Below the pieces are notes generated by a model. It was not told the origin of the DNA, ran no database searches, and saw nothing but the letters and a program-made list of their open reading frames with translations. A program made the position numbers and the translations under genes. From NCBI RefSeq assembly GCF_058153355.1, contig NZ_CM177019.1: a stretch of 64,000 bases of DNA, one strand, 5' to 3'. This document shows, piece after piece, positions 21,951 to 37,210 of the stretch (the stretch's first letter is position 1; the number at the start of each line of letters is the position of its first letter).

Positions 21951-23308
21951 TGAAAAGATTATCTATAACCGTCCGTTTAACCTTGCTTTTTATATTGCTA
22001 CTGTCTGTCGCTGGCGCTGGAATTGTCTGGACTCTCTATAATGGCCTGGCAAGTGAGTTGAAATGGCGCGATGATACAACACTCATTAACCGGACTGCAC
22101 AGATCAAGCAGTTACTAATTGATGGGGTAAATCCAGATACTTTACCTGTCTATTTTAACCGGATGATGGATGTTAGTCAGGATATTTTGATCATTCATGG
22201 TGATGGCATCAATAAAATTGTTAACCGAACCAATGTCAGTGATGATATGTTAAATAACATACCTACGACTGAGGCAATCAGTGCAGCTGGCATTTACAGA
22301 AGCATTATTAATGACACAGAGATAGATGCTTTACGAATTAACATTGATGAAATTTCGCCATCATTAACGGTTACTGTGGCTAAATTGGCTTCAGCCAGAC
22401 ATAACATGCTTGAACAGTATAAAATTAATAGCATTATAATTTGCATCGTCGCCATTATACTGTGCTCAGTATTAAGTCCGCTGTTAATCAGAACGGGATT
22501 ACGAGAGATCAAAAAGTTGAGTGGGGTAACGGAAGCATTAAATTATAACGACACCCGAGAGCCTGTTGAGGTTATCGCACTACCGAGTGAATTAAAACCT
22601 CTTGGTCAGGCGTTGAATAAAATGCACCATGCTTTAGTAAAAGATTTTGAGCGCCTTAGCCAATTTGCTGACGATCTCGCTCATGAACTTAGAACGCCAA
22701 TTAATGCATTACTGGGTCAGAATCAGGTGACGCTCAGTCAAACCCGAAGTATCAGTGAATATCAAAAAACAATTGCCGGAAATATTGAAGAGCTGGAAAA
22801 TATTTCGCGGTTAACAGAGAATATACTGTTTCTTGCCAGAGCAGATAAAAGCAATGTTTTGGTGAAACTGGATTCGCTCTCTCTTAACAAGGAAATTGGG
22901 AATTTGTTAGACTATCTGGAATACCTTTCAGAAGAGAAACAGATTCGTTTTCAGGTCGAGTGCAATCAGCAAATCTTTGCGGATGAAATTTTACTTCAAC
23001 GAATGTTATCGAATCTTATTGTTAACGCCATTCGATATTCACCAGAAAAATCGTGCATTCATATAACCAGTTTTCTTGATGCCAACGGCTCTCTTAATAT
23101 TGATATCGCCAGCCCTGGACCGAAAATTAATGAGCCGGAAAAACTCTTCCGTAGATTTTGGCGGGGAGATAATTCGCGTCATTCTGCAGGTCAGGGGCTT
23201 GGCCTTTCTTTAGTCAAAGCAATTGCCGAATTGCATGGGGGAAGTGCTACATATCACTATTTAAATAAGCATAATGTGTTCCGTATTACGTTACCGCAAA
23301 GAAATTAA
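21950..23308 (+). CDS. hprS: Sensor histidine kinase HprS
   Basis: 452 aa; ATGA overlap with hprR; H-box ELRTPINAL and ATPase motifs. Confidence 0.85.
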   Translation: MKRLSITVRLTLLFILLLSVAGAGIVWTLYNGLASELKWRDDTTLINRTAQIKQLLIDGVNPDTLPVYFNRMMDVSQDILIIHGDGINKIVNRTNVSDDMLNNIPTTEAISAAGIYRSIINDTEIDALRINIDEISPSLTVTVAKLASARHNMLEQYKINSIIICIVAIILCSVLSPLLIRTGLREIKKLSGVTEALNYNDTREPVEVIALPSELKPLGQALNKMHHALVKDFERLSQFADDLAHELRTPINALLGQNQVTLSQTRSISEYQKTIAGNIEELENISRLTENILFLARADKSNVLVKLDSLSLNKEIGNLLDYLEYLSEEKQIRFQVECNQQIFADEILLQRMLSNLIVNAIRYSPEKSCIHITSFLDANGSLNIDIASPGPKINEPEKLFRRFWRGDNSRHSAGQGLGLSLVKAIAELHGGSATYHYLNKHNVFRITLPQRN

Positions 23309-23415
23309 CCTATGGCTTCAGTACGCCACAGGTTAACCGTGAAAAAACGCAGCCACGTCGTGAGTACTCACGTGGCTGCGATTGATTATGCGCTTACATT
23401 ACAATGTAACAGGGA

Positions 23416-24267
23416 TTAACCCACGTAAGCTGCCAGCATTTCCTGTGCTGCCAGTTTACCCAACGCATTCGCTGCGAAAGGACTGTCGCCGGTGAGCAGT
23501 TTACGGTCTTTATGAACTCGCCCGGTGATGTCGTCATTAATAATGTTCATGCCCATTTTCTTCAGCTCTTCGCCGAAGTACCAGGTGAGATGACCCGGCA
23601 TATAGCCAATATCTGGCGTTTGTTTGTCTGCGGCGTCTGGGAATGCGCAAATGGAATAACCGTTCAGTGGGTTATCGCTGTGGCGAAGCGCCAGAAATGC
23701 CGCTGGGCCGTGGCAAAGGGAGATAACAAAACGGTCATTTTTGATTGCCCACTGTAAAGCGGCAGCTACGTCCTGGCTTTCTGGTAAACCAATAAGTGCG
23801 CCATGACCACCAGGAACAAAGATTGCTGCATATTCGCTGTCAGCATTGAGGCTGGCGACAATATCCGCGAGTTTCTTCGGATTGCGGAACAACGATTTAT
23901 GCTGCTCAAAGAACGGCATTACCTTTTCATCTTTGTGTGGCATAGCCCAGTATTCAAACTTGGTCATCAGGCCGGAAATGGTCGCCACTTCGAATTCGAA
24001 ACCTGCCGCATGGAGATGATACAACGGTAGCAACGTTTCAATCGGATGGTTACCGGTTGAGAACAATTTGCCATTGTCGGTCGGCAAATAACGTTCGTCC
24101 GCGGCGATCACCAGAATTTTGTGTTTACCGCGATACGGTTTTGGATAGTCCACGCCATCAAGATCAGAGACAGGACTGGTATATTGGCTAAGCGAATATT
24201 CTGAAGGGAAAAATGCATTATCTTCAGCAGTATCGACCTGCGGATCTTTACTTTTTTGAACAGTCAT
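23416..24267 (-). CDS. hchA: Hsp31 glyoxalase / chaperone HchA
   Basis: 283 aa; DJ-1/PfpI family with the catalytic Cys in ISLCHGP. Confidence 0.9.
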   Translation of the reverse strand: MTVQKSKDPQVDTAEDNAFFPSEYSLSQYTSPVSDLDGVDYPKPYRGKHKILVIAADERYLPTDNGKLFSTGNHPIETLLPLYHLHAAGFEFEVATISGLMTKFEYWAMPHKDEKVMPFFEQHKSLFRNPKKLADIVASLNADSEYAAIFVPGGHGALIGLPESQDVAAALQWAIKNDRFVISLCHGPAAFLALRHSDNPLNGYSICAFPDAADKQTPDIGYMPGHLTWYFGEELKKMGMNIINDDITGRVHKDRKLLTGDSPFAANALGKLAAQEMLAAYVG

Positions 24268-24771
24268 AGTGTATTCCTTGTTGTTGCTTAGTTAGGTTAG
24301 TCACTATATTTGCGACTGAGCTGGTCGCTATTTTTAACCAGGCTGGAAAATTGAGTCAATATATCGAAAGCGGTAGGCGACGAGGGAAAATATGTAATGA
24401 TGATGCTGCACTGATGTTGAATGTTTCTCACGCCAAATTTTCCTTTTTGAGTCATGTGGTCACAAGTGACTTCAATGATTTTAGACCATTATCAGAGGTC
24501 TGGGACGACGATGAGAGATTTAGTGCTATGGAATATTGTTATTCTGTTGAATATTTATATCCCGGACTGCTATAGAAAAGGCTTTTTTCATGCACTATTT
24601 TTGCAAATATTTTTATATGGGAGGCGGTTTTGTTGCGGATTAATTCATAAGAATGCGCATTTAGTGAGTTGGCTGGAAGAGTTACTGGTAGATGTTAGTG
24701 AGCCAGGTAGTGCAGGGTAATGTGCCATATCGATATGCTTTGGCAATGGCGCGTTTTGTAGATGAAAAGCC

Positions 24772-24810
24772 AAAAAAAGCCTGAATTCGATGAAAGGACG
24801 AACTCAGGCT
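24772..24810 (-). terminator. Rho-independent terminator of the porin gene
   Basis: Minus-strand hairpin agcctgagttcg...cgaattcaggct followed by a 7-nt T-run. Confidence 0.55.
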
Positions 24811-24852
24811 AGTGTTATGTTTTACAGTAACACGCCGAGGCGTGTTGGCTGA

Positions 24853-26046
24853 TTAGAACTGGTAGACTAAGCCCACAGCAACGATATCATCGGTAGCGAT
24901 GCCGTTTGCTTCGTAGAAGTCATCATCGTTGTCCAGCAGGTTAATTTTGTAATCAACATAGGTGGACATATTTTTGTTGAAGTAGTAGGTCGCACCGACT
25001 TCAACGTATTTAACCAGATCTTTGTTAGTGTAACGCGGGTCGCCGTTGCCGTCATGAGCCCAGCCGCCTAAATCCTTACCTTTAGATTGCAAGTAAGCGA
25101 TGGACGGGCGCAGACCGAAGTCGAACTGATACTGAGCAACAACTTCAAAGTTTTGGGTTTTGTTAGCGATGGCTGATCTTGAATCACCATTAGCAAACTC
25201 GCCACCACCATATGGGGTCATATTGCGAGTTTCAGCGTACATAGCTGCTAAATACACATTATTAGCATCATATTTTGCACCAACAGTCCATGCTTCAGCG
25301 GTTTCACCACCAGCATTTCTGTTGCTATGGTTACGATCATTTAAACCAACTCCAACCTGATGATCTGAACGATCAGAGTTTGAATATGCAGCACCCAGAT
25401 TTAAACCGAAGTCGAAGTCGTAGGATGTAGACATACCGAAACCATCACCATTTTCTTTGGAAAGGCTACGGCCATCACCACTACCGGAACCTTCCTGCCC
25501 GAATGGTCCACCACTTTCATTATTACCCTGATATTGTAAAGCAAAGTTCAAGCCATCAACCTGACCAAAGAAGCCATTATTACGGTAGGTTGCAACACCG
25601 TTGGTACGACCGTTCATGTAGTTGTCGGCACCCGCGTAGGTATCGCCACCAAATTCTGGCAGCATATCGGTCCATGCTTCGATGTCATATACGACACCGT
25701 AGTTACGACCATAATCGAAAGTACCATTCTGACCAAAACCTAAACCTGCGAATGCCAGACGGGTAGCTGAGTTATCTCCATCGCCTTCTGTGCCATTTGC
25801 TTGAAGGTTGTATTCCCACTGACCATAGCCAGTGAACTGGTCAGCGATTTGTGTTTCGCCTTTGAAACCGATACGGGCATATGACATATCGCCATCAGCG
25901 CCCGAGTTGTCAGAGAAGTAGTGCAGACCTACTACTTTTCCGTATAAATCCAGTTTATTGCCATCTTTATTATAAATTTCAGCCGCATTTGCTGCGCCAG
26001 CAACTAATAACGCCGGGACCAGCATTGCCAGAACTTTTCTTTTCAT
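24853..26046 (-). CDS. yedS: OmpC-family outer-membrane porin, apparently intact
   Basis: Start at [21 protein letters not shown] gives 397 aa; C-terminal VGLVYQF; synteny between hchA and yedR. Confidence 0.75.
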   Translation of the reverse strand: MKRKVLAMLVPALLVAGAANAAEIYNKDGNKLDLYGKVVGLHYFSDNSGADGDMSYARIGFKGETQIADQFTGYGQWEYNLQANGTEGDGDNSATRLAFAGLGFGQNGTFDYGRNYGVVYDIEAWTDMLPEFGGDTYAGADNYMNGRTNGVATYRNNGFFGQVDGLNFALQYQGNNESGGPFGQEGSGSGDGRSLSKENGDGFGMSTSYDFDFGLNLGAAYSNSDRSDHQVGVGLNDRNHSNRNAGGETAEAWTVGAKYDANNVYLAAMYAETRNMTPYGGGEFANGDSRSAIANKTQNFEVVAQYQFDFGLRPSIAYLQSKGKDLGGWAHDGNGDPRYTNKDLVKYVEVGATYYFNKNMSTYVDYKINLLDNDDDFYEANGIATDDIVAVGLVYQF

Positions 26047-26674
26047 TATGTATTCCCTTGTGATTATAATCTTCATGAATATAACAATAAGTGCCGTTAT
26101 CCAAAAAAAAGCACATTTGGATACTATTCTATGAAGTTCATTTTATTTTAAGGATTACATGTAACAAATGTATTTAAAAGATTGCAAAATGTTTCTAATC
26201 TATTTAATATAATTCATGCAAATGAATTATGAATATAACCATTCATGATGGTTATGGATGTATATCAATGAGTTATGAATTTTATGGAAAGATAGGGAGT
26301 GTCAATGATTTTTGCGCCAGACGGCCTATGTGATCGCGCGCACATTAATGAAGGCATAAAAAAAGCCGGCATCATGCCGGCCCAAAAAATATAAACAAGA
26401 CGATAAAAGGCTAATAACGGGGTTATCATGACACAGAAATCTAAAAAGGTATAATTGTATTCAGTGCTAATGTATTGTTTGGGTGAATTAATAAAACCAT
26501 TATCCAAGATAAAAATAAATCTTTATTGCTGTTTTTCCGGTAATTATTGCCGTTGCGCAAAAACTATCTATTTGCTCAAAAAATGATTGAGTCTTGACTG
26601 ACTCATCCAATGTGGAAAAATGTGACTTTTATCACATAATAGTACTAAGTCTGAATTTTCCAGGTTATCTCAAA

Positions 26675-26977
26675 ATGGAGTACGGTTCGACAAAGATGGA
26701 AGAGAGACTCTCTCGCAGCCCTGGCGGCAAATTGGCTTTGTGGGCTTTCTATACATGGTGTGGCTATTTCGTCTGGGCAATGGCGCGATACATCTGGGTG
26801 ATGAGCCGGATCCCCGATGCCCCCGTGTCGGGATTTGAAAGTGATTTAGGATCTACTGCGGGGAAGTGGTTAGGAGCATTGGTCGGATTTCTGTTTATGG
26901 CCCTGGTTGGTGCCTTGCTAGGCGGCATTGCCTGGTACACCCGACCTCGTCCCGCACGTAGCAGACGCTATGAATAA
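26675..26977 (+). CDS. yedR: Small inner-membrane protein YedR
   Basis: Start MEYGSTKMEERLSR; two hydrophobic segments; synteny. Confidence 0.7.
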   Translation: MEYGSTKMEERLSRSPGGKLALWAFYTWCGYFVWAMARYIWVMSRIPDAPVSGFESDLGSTAGKWLGALVGFLFMALVGALLGGIAWYTRPRPARSRRYE

Positions 26978-27016
26978 AAACTGCTAAGGTTGCGACTCTT
27001 TGGCAACGGAGCGCGT

Positions 27017-27712
27017 ATGGACTTACAACACTGGCAGGCACAGTTCGAAAACTGGTTGAAAAACCATCATCAACATCAGGACGCGGCACATGCCCTGTGT
27101 CATTTTCGCCGTGTCTGGGCTACGGCACAGAAACTGGCGGCAGATGACGACGTTGATATGCTGGTGATTTTAACCGCTTGTTATTTTCACGATATCGTGA
27201 GCCTGGCGAAAAATCATCCGCAACGGCAGCGTTCTTCAATACTGGCAGCAGAAGAGACGCGTCGCCTGCTGCGTGAAGAATTCGCGCAATTTCCAGCGGA
27301 AAAAATCGAGGCTGTTTGCCATGCCATTGCCGCACACAGTTTTAGCGCGCAAATTGCCCCTTTAACGGTGGAAGCTAAAATCGTTCAGGATGCGGATCGG
27401 CTGGAAGCTCTGGGGGCGATTGGCCTGGCGCGTGTGTTTGCCGTTTCGGGGGCGTTGGGCGTGGCATTGTTTGATGGCGAAGATCCGTTCGCGCAGAATC
27501 GCCCACTTGATGATAAACGTTACGCGCTGGATCATTTTCAGACTAAGTTGCTGAAGCTACCGCACACCATGCAAACCATAAAAGGCAAACAACTGGCGCA
27601 GTACAACGCGCAATTTTTAGTCGAGTTTATGGCGAAGCTCAGTGCCGAGCTGGCGGGAGAGAATGAAGGTATCGATCACAAAGTGATTGATACGTTTTCA
27701 CCGGTTGGCTGA
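27017..27712 (+). CDS. yedJ: HD-domain phosphohydrolase YedJ
   Basis: 231 aa from [12 protein letters not shown] motif in CYFHDIV. Confidence 0.8.
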   Translation: MDLQHWQAQFENWLKNHHQHQDAAHALCHFRRVWATAQKLAADDDVDMLVILTACYFHDIVSLAKNHPQRQRSSILAAEETRRLLREEFAQFPAEKIEAVCHAIAAHSFSAQIAPLTVEAKIVQDADRLEALGAIGLARVFAVSGALGVALFDGEDPFAQNRPLDDKRYALDHFQTKLLKLPHTMQTIKGKQLAQYNAQFLVEFMAKLSAELAGENEGIDHKVIDTFSPVG

Positions 27713-27778
27713 GCGCGTGGCCCTAAATGATGGTAATTATGTTAACCTGTCGACCATCTCAGATGGCCGGTTAAATCT

Positions 27779-29197
27779 ATGCAGGAAAATATATCAGTAA
27801 CCGATTCATACAGTACCGGGAATGCCGCACAGGCAATGCTGGAGCAACTGCTGCAAATTTATGATGTCAAAACGCTGGTGGCGCATCTTAATGGTGTGGG
27901 TGAGAATCACTGGAGCGCGGCAATTTTAAAACGTGCGCTGGCGAATGACTCAGCATGGCACCGTTTAAGTGAGAAAGAGTTCGCCCATCTGCAAACGTTG
28001 TTACCCATTCCACCGGCACATCATCCGCATTATGCGTTTCGCTTTATCGATCTATTTGCCGGGATTGGTGGTATTCGTCGCGGTTTTGAATCGATTGGTG
28101 GGCAGTGCGTGTTTACCAGCGAATGGAACAAACATGCGGTACGCACTTATAAAGCCAACTATTATTGCGACCCGGCGGCGCATCACTTTAATGAAGATAT
28201 TCGCGACATCACTCTCAGCCACAAAGAGGGTATAGGTGATGACGCGGCGGCGGAACATATCCGTCAACATATTCCTGAGCACGATGTTTTACTGGCCGGT
28301 TTTCCTTGTCAGCCGTTTTCTCTGGCTGGCGTATCGAAAAAGAACTCACTCGGACGAGCGCACGGTTTTGCCTGTGATACCCAGGGCACGCTGTTCTTCG
28401 ATGTGGTGCGTATTATCGACGCGCGTCGCCCGGCGATTTTTGTGCTCGAAAACGTCAAAAACCTGAAAAGCCACGACCAGGGGAAAACGTTCCGTATCAT
28501 CATGCAGACGTTGGACGAACTGGGCTATGACGTGGCAGATGCAGAAGATAATGGCCCGGACGATCCGAAAATCATTGACGGTAAACATTTCCTTCCGCAG
28601 CACCGTGAACGCATCGTGCTGGTGGGTTTTCGTCGCGACCTGAATCTGAAAGCCGATTTTACCCTGCGTGAGATCAGCAAATGTTTCCCTGCACAGCGAG
28701 TGACACTGGCGCAGTTGCTGGACCCGATGGTTGAGGCGAAATATATCCTGACGCCGGTGCTGTGGAAGTACCTCTATCGTTATGCGAAAAAACATCAGGC
28801 GCGCGGTAACGGCTTCGGTTATGGAATGGTTTATCCGAACAATCCGCAAAGCGTCACGCGTACGCTTTCTGCTCGTTATTACAAAGATGGCGCGGAAATT
28901 TTAATTGATCGCGGCTGGGATATAGCCACGGGTGAGAAAGACTTTGACGATCCGCAGAACCAGCAACACCGCCCACGTCGGTTAACGCCTCGTGAATGTG
29001 CGCGCTTAATGGGCTTTGAAGCACCAGGAGAAGCGAAATTTCGCATTCCGGTTTCGGACACTCAGGCCTATCGCCAGTTCGGTAACTCGGTGGTCGTGCC
29101 GGTCTTTGCCGCGGTGGCAAAACTGCTTGAGCCAAAAATCAAACAGGCAGTGGCGTTGCGTCAGCAGGAAGCAAAACATGGCCGACGTTCACGATAA
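27779..29197 (+). CDS. dcm: DNA-cytosine methyltransferase Dcm
   Basis: 472 aa; C5-methyltransferase motifs FAGIGG, PCQPFS, ENV. Confidence 0.9.
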   Translation: MQENISVTDSYSTGNAAQAMLEQLLQIYDVKTLVAHLNGVGENHWSAAILKRALANDSAWHRLSEKEFAHLQTLLPIPPAHHPHYAFRFIDLFAGIGGIRRGFESIGGQCVFTSEWNKHAVRTYKANYYCDPAAHHFNEDIRDITLSHKEGIGDDAAAEHIRQHIPEHDVLLAGFPCQPFSLAGVSKKNSLGRAHGFACDTQGTLFFDVVRIIDARRPAIFVLENVKNLKSHDQGKTFRIIMQTLDELGYDVADAEDNGPDDPKIIDGKHFLPQHRERIVLVGFRRDLNLKADFTLREISKCFPAQRVTLAQLLDPMVEAKYILTPVLWKYLYRYAKKHQARGNGFGYGMVYPNNPQSVTRTLSARYYKDGAEILIDRGWDIATGEKDFDDPQNQQHRPRRLTPRECARLMGFEAPGEAKFRIPVSDTQAYRQFGNSVVVPVFAAVAKLLEPKIKQAVALRQQEAKHGRRSR

Positions 29198-29648
29198 GGC
29201 TACACGCAGCAAAAATATGCGCGCAATTGCCACGCGCGATACGGCGATTGAGAAGCGCCTCGCCAGTTTGTTAACCGGGCAGGGACTGGCGTTTCGCGTT
29301 CAGGATGCCAGTTTGCCCGGACGCCCGGATTTTGTTCTTGATGAATATCGCTGCGTGATATTTACCCACGGTTGCTTCTGGCACCATCATCACTGCTATC
29401 TGTTTAAAGTGCCCGCGACTCGAACCGAGTTCTGGCTGGAGAAGATAGGTAAAAATGTTGAGCGCGATCGCCGCGACATTAGCCGCTTGCAGGCGCTCGG
29501 CTGGCGTGTATTGATTGTCTGGGAGTGCGCGTTACGCGGGCGCGAAAAATTGACGGATGCGGCACTTACCGAGCGTCTGGAAGAGTGGATCTGCGGCGAA
29601 GGTGCCAGCGCGCAGATCGACACGCAGGGGATTCATTTACTCGCTTGA
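29178..29648 (+). CDS. vsr: Very-short-patch repair endonuclease Vsr
   Basis: ATG at 29178 overlapping the dcm 3' end; 156 aa starting [17 protein letters not shown]. Confidence 0.85.
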   Translation: MADVHDKATRSKNMRAIATRDTAIEKRLASLLTGQGLAFRVQDASLPGRPDFVLDEYRCVIFTHGCFWHHHHCYLFKVPATRTEFWLEKIGKNVERDRRDISRLQALGWRVLIVWECALRGREKLTDAALTERLEEWICGEGASAQIDTQGIHLLA

Positions 29649-30557
29649 TGCGTCCTGAATAACTGGCGCAACTACGGGTTTTGCTGGGAAGAGATATTTT
29701 CCCAACGTGACCAGTACCACCGCGAAGACAATCACGCCGAGCGCCAGCCATTCAATCTTAGACAGCGTCTCTCCGCCCAGTCCCGTACCCAGCAAGACCG
29801 CGACCACCGGGTTAACGTAGGCGTAGCTGGTGGCGAGAGCCGGACTGACGTTGCGGATTAAATACATATAAGCGTTAATGGCGATAATCGAACCAAACAG
29901 CGCCAGATAGCCGACCGCAAGGAAGCCTGAAAGGGAAGGGAGCGCCGTCAGTTTTTCACCCGCAATCATCGACGCAATCATTAACACCACGCCAGCCGCC
30001 AGCATCTCAATCGCACCCGCCATCATCCCTACAGGTAAGGTAATGCGCGAGCCATAAACCGAGCCAAACGCCCAGCTAATCGAGCCGATTAAAATCAGAA
30101 TCGCACCCCACGGATTGCCGCTTAAATTTCCACCGCTATTGAGCATGATGATTCCGGCAAGCCCAATGGCGATACCCACCCATTCCAGTTTGCGCGTTTT
30201 AATGCCAAACAGGCGGCTGAAGCACAGGGTAAAGAGGGGCACGGTTGCAACCACTACGGCGGCGATGCCGGATGGAACATTTTGATGTTCGGCAACTGTC
30301 ACCATGCCATTACCGACAGCCAGCAATAACAGGCCAATCAGCGCGGCATTGATCAGCGGACGTAGCGGGGGGAGTTTGTGTCCGCGCAGTAGCAAAAATG
30401 CCAGCAATAAAATACCGGCTGCCAGGAATCGAACGCCCGCCATCATTAACGGAGGCCAGCTTTCCACGCCAATCCGAATGACAAAATAGGTTGAGCCCCA
30501 AATGATATACAACGCAAACAGCGCGCCAAAAAGCGGTAACAACTGGCGGAAACGCAT
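29637..30557 (-). CDS. yedA: EamA-family (drug/metabolite) transporter YedA
   Basis: 306 aa, ten predicted transmembrane segments; 3' end overlaps vsr convergently. Confidence 0.85.
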   Translation of the reverse strand: MRFRQLLPLFGALFALYIIWGSTYFVIRIGVESWPPLMMAGVRFLAAGILLLAFLLLRGHKLPPLRPLINAALIGLLLLAVGNGMVTVAEHQNVPSGIAAVVVATVPLFTLCFSRLFGIKTRKLEWVGIAIGLAGIIMLNSGGNLSGNPWGAILILIGSISWAFGSVYGSRITLPVGMMAGAIEMLAAGVVLMIASMIAGEKLTALPSLSGFLAVGYLALFGSIIAINAYMYLIRNVSPALATSYAYVNPVVAVLLGTGLGGETLSKIEWLALGVIVFAVVLVTLGKYLFPAKPVVAPVIQDASSE

Positions 30558-30729
30558 AATCCCTCACGGTGAAAATAAAAAGGTGGTTCATAGTAAACGT
30601 GAAAATCATTCTGCTGGCGAGAGATATAATTGCACTTGATTGTTAAAAAAATGTTGACCTATGAAGCAAGTATCAGAGCTGCCGTTTTTGCTTCATACTT
30701 ACTCCCTTCAACAATAAAAATGAGAGGGA

Positions 30730-31647
30730 ATGCTTTTGGCCGGGAGTAGTTTACTGACGTTGCTCGATGATATCGCCACACTGCTGGACGATATCTCCGT
30801 GATGGGCAAACTGGCGGCGAAGAAAACCGCCGGTGTACTAGGGGATGATTTATCGCTCAATGCACAACAAGTTTCAGGTGTGCGTGCCAACCGGGAACTT
30901 CCCGTGGTCTGGGGAGTGGCGAAAGGATCGCTGATCAATAAAGTGATTCTGGTGCCGCTGGCGCTGATCATCAGTGCATTTATCCCGTGGGCGATTACGC
31001 CTTTGTTGATGATTGGCGGCGCGTTTCTCTGCTTTGAAGGGGTAGAGAAAGTGCTGCATATGCTGGAGGCGCGTAAACACAAAGAAGATCCGGCGCAGAG
31101 TCAGCAGCGTCTGGAGAAGCTGGCGGCGCAGGATCCGCTGAAGTTTGAAAAGGACAAAATAAAAGGGGCGATTCGTACTGATTTTATTTTGTCTGCGGAA
31201 ATCGTCGCCATCACGCTGGGGATTGTGGCAGAAGCGCCGTTGCTTAATCAGGTGCTGGTGCTTTCAGGCATCGCACTGGTAGTGACCGTGGGCGTCTACG
31301 GGCTGGTAGGGGTTATTGTTAAGATTGATGACCTGGGGTATTGGCTGGCGGAAAAATCCAGCGCGCTGATGCAGGCATTGGGTAAAGGGTTATTGATTAT
31401 CGCGCCCTGGCTGATGAAAGCGTTATCGATTGTCGGCACGTTGGCGATGTTCCTCGTCGGTGGCGGGATTGTGGTTCATGGTATTGCGCCGCTGCATCAC
31501 GCCATTGAACATTTCGCCGGGCAGCAAAGTGCAGTGGTGGCGATGATATTACCGACTGTTTTAAATCTGATACTTGGTTTTATCATCGGCGGCATTGTGG
31601 TACTTGGAGTGAAAGCGGTAGCGAAAATGCGCGGTCAGGCACATTAA
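30730..31647 (+). CDS. yedI: DUF808 inner-membrane protein YedI
   Basis: 305 aa; synteny. Confidence 0.8.
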   Translation: MLLAGSSLLTLLDDIATLLDDISVMGKLAAKKTAGVLGDDLSLNAQQVSGVRANRELPVVWGVAKGSLINKVILVPLALIISAFIPWAITPLLMIGGAFLCFEGVEKVLHMLEARKHKEDPAQSQQRLEKLAAQDPLKFEKDKIKGAIRTDFILSAEIVAITLGIVAEAPLLNQVLVLSGIALVVTVGVYGLVGVIVKIDDLGYWLAEKSSALMQALGKGLLIIAPWLMKALSIVGTLAMFLVGGGIVVHGIAPLHHAIEHFAGQQSAVVAMILPTVLNLILGFIIGGIVVLGVKAVAKMRGQAH

Positions 31648-31725
31648 TACTCGCACTGGCTATTATGCAAAATTCGCCATCTTCAACTAAGGTGAACAAG
31701 TTTCACTCGAAAAAAGGAGGCGAGT

Positions 31726-31908
31726 ATGAGCTTTATGATTAGTGAGGAAGTAACGGTTAAAGAGGGCGGCCCGCGGATGATTGTCACCGGCTATTCCAGC
31801 GGTATGGTTGAGTGTCGTTGGTATGACGGTTATGGGGTCAAGCGGGAAGCTTTTCATGAAACCGAGCTTGTTCCGGGGGAGGGGAGTCGTCCTGCGGAAG
31901 AAGTTTGA
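31726..31908 (+). CDS. yodC: Small protein YodC
   Basis: 60 aa; synteny. Confidence 0.7.
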   Translation: MSFMISEEVTVKEGGPRMIVTGYSSGMVECRWYDGYGVKREAFHETELVPGEGSRPAEEV

Positions 31909-32078
31909 AAGAGTATCATTAACATCAGGCCGGATCACATCCGGCCTGATATGCCAATGCCTGCAATGAATGATTGTCGCGTCTTGTTATGTCACCATTA
32001 TAAAATTATGACTGTTTTGCGGTACGCTATCGCCGGGTTATGCCAGAATCATAAAAAAGCAGGTTGGGAGTCGTCAGG

Positions 32079-34603
<2,525 letters not shown>

Positions 34604-34782
34604 TTACCAGGATGATTCTCAAAACAGCACAAATTATCAAAGATGATTTTTTCGGGAGCGATCCCGTTGACGCCAGAGCCACCAAGGGGTGACGCGCGTC
34701 ACATTTCTATTCATAAGTAGCGTTAATCATTCATATCACGAATATTTTCTTGTCAGCGAAAAAAATTGCGGATAAGGTGATG

Positions 34783-34870
34783 AACACATCAGATTTCCTG
34801 GTGTAACGAATTTTTTAAGTGCTTCTTGCTTAAGCAAGTTTAATCCCGACCCCCTCAGGGTCGGGATTTT
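34783..34870 (+). ncRNA. dsrA: DsrA small regulatory RNA
   Basis: aacacatcagatttcctggtgtaacgaattttttaagtgcttcttgcttaagcaagtttaatcccgaccccctcagggtcgggattt matches DsrA as recalled, with terminator hairpin and T-run. Confidence 0.9.
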
Positions 34871-34882
34871 TTTATTGTGCAT

Positions 34883-35110
34883 TCAACGATTCACTTCAGA
34901 GACGCTGAAGTCATGAATATCCAGTTCGAAGGCATCCGCCAATTCACGCCATGTATGATATTCACGTCCATCGACACTAACGTGTTCAGGATCGTGCTGG
35001 CTGCGATGAACTTCGCTTTCGCTAATTTCATTGATCGCCGCCAGCAGGGCATCGACATCGACACTGACCTCACGTTTTGCGGTATCGCTGTACTCTTTTG
35101 CGGTTTTCAT
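34883..35110 (-). CDS. yodD: Small protein YodD
   Basis: 75 aa from MKTAKEYSDTAKREV; synteny. Confidence 0.75.
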   Translation of the reverse strand: MKTAKEYSDTAKREVSVDVDALLAAINEISESEVHRSQHDPEHVSVDGREYHTWRELADAFELDIHDFSVSEVNR

Positions 35111-35181
35111 CATATTTCCTCGCAACCGTTACTCTGTTGTTGCCGCCAGTCGTTAAGTCCGCTGGCATCTCTTAAGTATAG

Positions 35182-35460
<279 letters not shown>

Positions 35461-35503
35461 TCTAATTCAGCCTGACTGGTGGGAAACCACCAGTCAGAAT
35501 GTG

Positions 35504-36127
35504 TTAGCGCATGTTGACAAAAATACCATTAGTCACATTATCCGTCAGTCGGACGACATGGTAGATAACCTGTTTATTATGCGTTTTGATCTTTCGTTTA
35601 ATATTACCTTTATGCGATGAAACGGTCTTGGCTTTGATATTCATTTGGTCGGAGATTTGAATGGTTCCCTGACCTGCCATCCACATTCGCAACATACTCG
35701 ATTCGGTTCGGCTCAATGATAACGTCGGCATATTTAAAAACGAGGTTATCGTTGTCTCTTTTTTCAGAATATCGCCAAGGATATCGTCGAGAGATTCCGG
35801 TTTAATCGATTTAGAACTGATCAATAAATTTTTTCTGACCAACAGATATTCATCAAAATGAACATTGGCAATTGCCATAAAAACGATAAATAACGTATTG
35901 GGATGTTGATTAATGATGAGCTTGATACGCTGACTGTTAGAAGCATCGTGGATGAAACAGTCCTCATTAATAAACACCACTGAAGGGCGCTGTGAATCAC
36001 AAGCTATGGCAAGGTCATCAACGGTTTCAATGTCGTTGATTTCTCTTTTTTTAACCCCTCTGCTCAACAGATACCCGGTTAAACCTAGTCGGGTGTAACT
36101 ACATAAATCCATAATAATCGTTGACAT
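35504..36127 (-). CDS. rcsA: Capsule-synthesis transcriptional activator RcsA (LuxR family)
   Basis: 207 aa; C-terminal LuxR-type helix-turn-helix; long AT-rich upstream region. Confidence 0.9.
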
Positions 36128-36416
36128 GGCATACCCTCACTCAATGCGTAACGATAATTCCCCTTACCTGAATATTTCATCATGACTAAACGGAACAACA
36201 TGGGTCACCTAATGCGCCACTCTCGCGATTTTTCAGGCGGACTTACTATCCCGTAAAGTGTTGTATAATTTGCCTGGAATTGTCTTAAAGTAAAGTAAAT
36301 GTTGCGATATGTGAGTGAGGTTAAAACAAATATTTCGCCACAGGAGTATCCTGGAAGATGTTCGTGGGTATTATTTTTCAGATAATCCTTAGGATAACAA
36401 GATAAACATTAGGGAA

Positions 36417-37202
36417 TCATATTACAGGTAATTCGCTGATAATATCTGCCAGCAAATTAAAAATTTCACTGAATAAATGTTCGCAAAAAGGAGCAATTAA
36501 CGGCATTAATGCCGCCATTAATGAGATACCGACAGTCAGAGTTAATGGAAATCCAATAACAAAAATGGATAATTGCGGGGCCATACGATTCAGTAAACCT
36601 AATGCCAGATTCAGTGTCAGCAGCAGAGTAATGAGCGGTAACGCCAGCATCAGTCCATTGAGGAAAATCATACTCCCTGCTTTGGTGAGTGCCAGAAACG
36701 CATTGCTATTCAACGGCTCGCCACCAATAGGCAGGGTGTGAAAGGTATCCACCAGCAGTGAAATCAGCCATAAATGACCGTTAAATGTCAGGAACAGCAG
36801 TAACGCCAGCATATCCATGATGCGCGCTAAAACGGGCATATTGAGATGGCTGCCCGGATCGACAAACGTTGCAAATGACAGTCCCATTTGCAGACCGATA
36901 ATTTCGCCAGCGGTTCGCACAGCGGCAAAAGCAAACTGCATGGTAAAACCAAGCGCAATGCCGATCAGGATCTGCTGCACGGCCAGCCACAGAGCAAAGA
37001 ACGAAAAAACAGGAACATCGTTGGCAGGTAATGATGGGGCAATGGCGAACGTGATCATCAATGCGATACCCAGTTTGACCCGTTTCGGCACGCTACGTTC
37101 GCTCAGAATTGGCGCGGTAGAAATGAGCGCCAGCACGCGCAGTAACGGCCAGAAGTACAGGCTCAACCAGGAAAGCCATTGATCGCTTGTCACCTGCAAC
37201 AT
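36417..37202 (-). CDS. fliR: Flagellar export apparatus protein FliR
   Basis: 261 aa membrane protein; operon order. Confidence 0.9.
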   Translation of the reverse strand: MLQVTSDQWLSWLSLYFWPLLRVLALISTAPILSERSVPKRVKLGIALMITFAIAPSLPANDVPVFSFFALWLAVQQILIGIALGFTMQFAFAAVRTAGEIIGLQMGLSFATFVDPGSHLNMPVLARIMDMLALLLFLTFNGHLWLISLLVDTFHTLPIGGEPLNSNAFLALTKAGSMIFLNGLMLALPLITLLLTLNLALGLLNRMAPQLSIFVIGFPLTLTVGISLMAALMPLIAPFCEHLFSEIFNLLADIISELPVI

Positions 37203-37210
37203 TATACGGG

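Noticed and set aside
24351-24720. ORFs of 74 and 88 aa in the hchA-yedS intergenic region
   Set aside because: Overlapping, no RBS, odd composition; the region is better explained as promoter and terminator DNA.
26265-26507. 80-aa minus-strand ORF upstream of yedR
   Set aside because: Very AT-rich promoter-like DNA; no RBS; likely spurious.
28346-28849. 167-aa minus-strand ORF inside dcm
   Set aside because: Antisense to dcm, which carries all the C5-methyltransferase motifs.
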